A DNA stretch of 63,801 nucleotides, the filler included, from Bigelowiella natans CCMP2755 (Eukaryota; Protista; Cercozoa), in NCBI GenBank assembly GCA_000320545.1. It is 4 parts of 4 records of this genome, joined end to end, with 100 filler letters (N's around TTAATTAATTAA, not from the genome) between each part and the next. Parts side by side here need not be neighbours in the genome. Positions count along the whole stretch, not along the records: positions 62,597 to 63,801 come from ADNK01000734.1; 3 more parts are not named here. One strand, written 5' to 3'. The first letter of the stretch is position 1. Each line of letters starts with the position of its first letter. Shown here piece by piece: positions 62,681-63,801 of the stretch. The position numbers and the translations under genes are program-made. The notes beneath the pieces are model-generated. The model worked only from the letters and a program-made list of their open reading frames with translations, was not told the DNA's origin and made no database searches.

Positions 62681-62977
62681 AATATAAGGTCTGCACCGTT
62701 CCAGACTTTGTAAGTGGGGGGGGGGGGGGGGGAACCTATGAATGAGGTTATGAGCGCTGCCAGGCTGAAGATGCGCTCGAATGTCCCAACCGTGCCTGGT
62801 TGCAGAAGCATATTCTCCCGATGGGAAACGGCCTCGGAGCCCGAGGCGACCAGGGACGCTACAGCGTCGATCTGATGGCAACGATAGCGATGGTAGGAGA
62901 TTTATTCCAATTACGAGCACAGCATACAGCGCGACTACATCGTTGTTGTTGTTGTTGTTATTGTTGTTCTTTAAGGC

Positions 62978-63020
<43 letters not shown>

Positions 63021-63144
63021 TGCGTTGGCATCGTCATACTTATAGCACGTACAACACACAAAACCCGCCATTCTTATTAAAGGGGTGTGCGAATATTTCT
63101 CACATCTGCTGCGGCGGGTGCGACTGTTTCCGGAGCGGCCCCTA
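62681..63144 (+). CDS. 3' exons of an unidentified gene
   Basis: AEDALECPNRAWLQKHILPMGNGLGARGDQGRYSVDLMATIAM|GCANISHICCGGCDCFRSGP*, with canonical splice sites; not LysRS-like. Confidence 0.35.
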
Positions 63145-63603
63145 GCACCGAGGCCAGCCATAAAACGTACATCACAACAGGGATGCCTGGAATATACCAA
63201 CAACAAGCCAGTCAACAACCCCGTATGTTTGAGCCAGTGAGTGCGCGAAGAGGAAGTAGAAGAAGAACGGAAATCACACCCGCGTTGGCGATTTCTCTTC
63301 GATCGAAAGCAAGCAAGCATGTCTAGAAACTGCAGCTAAATGCGTCACTACCCCTATTACTTATCACCCCTATTATTGGCGGCGACGGGCATCATCAAAC
63401 ACACATCCTTATCATCACTGCAGCTGCTGCCGGCACCTGTTCCGATGAGAATGGCGCTCGTGATGCTCTTTCCGTCCCCGTCCAACTGCGCCGCTACGAC
63501 CGGGACAACGTTCTGAAGTAAGTGTGCGGTCACATAGCGCGCGGTGTGTGTGTGTGAGAAGGGCCACGAACCGCAAACGCAGACGCTGCCGTATCCCAGC
63601 ATC

Positions 63604-63638
<35 letters not shown>

Positions 63639-63801
63639 AGTGCTAGTGATGATGATGATGATATTAATAACATCGCGAGCATCACTGTGTCTGTAACTCC
63701 AATCAATAACACAACCCCAAATCGGAAAGAATACATGCGCCTTGTGTGTTGGGGAGGGGGGAGAGGTTCCCCCTTGTTGTTGTTCTTCTTCTTCCTCGTG
63801 G

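Noticed and set aside
63357-63605. Minus-strand terminal exon at the window end
   Set aside because: Plausible but too short and featureless to call.

Overview
This is eukaryotic, intron-dense, microsatellite-rich nuclear DNA, probably a chlorarachniophyte or related rhizarian alga. That assignment is an inference from a LysRS with a hydrophobic leader plus LRLRGG and a CDPK with a GxPGxFG loop. The window has four pieces joined by artificial N-TTAATTAATTAA-N spacers. Most listed six-frame ORFs are microsatellite noise, so genes were rebuilt by splicing exons by hand. In order: GH32 fructosidase (-), SGNH hydrolase (+), weak unknown (-), stand-alone ProRS-type anticodon-binding-domain protein (+), UBA and SAM-SPRY exons (-), RPS20 (+), OCA4-like pseudophosphatase (-), cytochrome b5-domain protein (+), unknown (-), decayed gene (+), bHLH factor (-), mitochondrial-type EF-hand protein (+), unknown (-), Kelch-BTB (-), CDPK (+), intronless tandem 2H-phosphoesterase (-), LysRS (+, truncated by a gap). 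The main higher-order signal is that genes alternate strand almost strictly. Head-to-head gaps are mostly short, and nearly every tail-to-tail gap holds a 0.3-1.2 kb tract packed with CTAG/GCTAGC/CATG/TGCA palindromic words. Gene ends are approximate unless stated otherwise.
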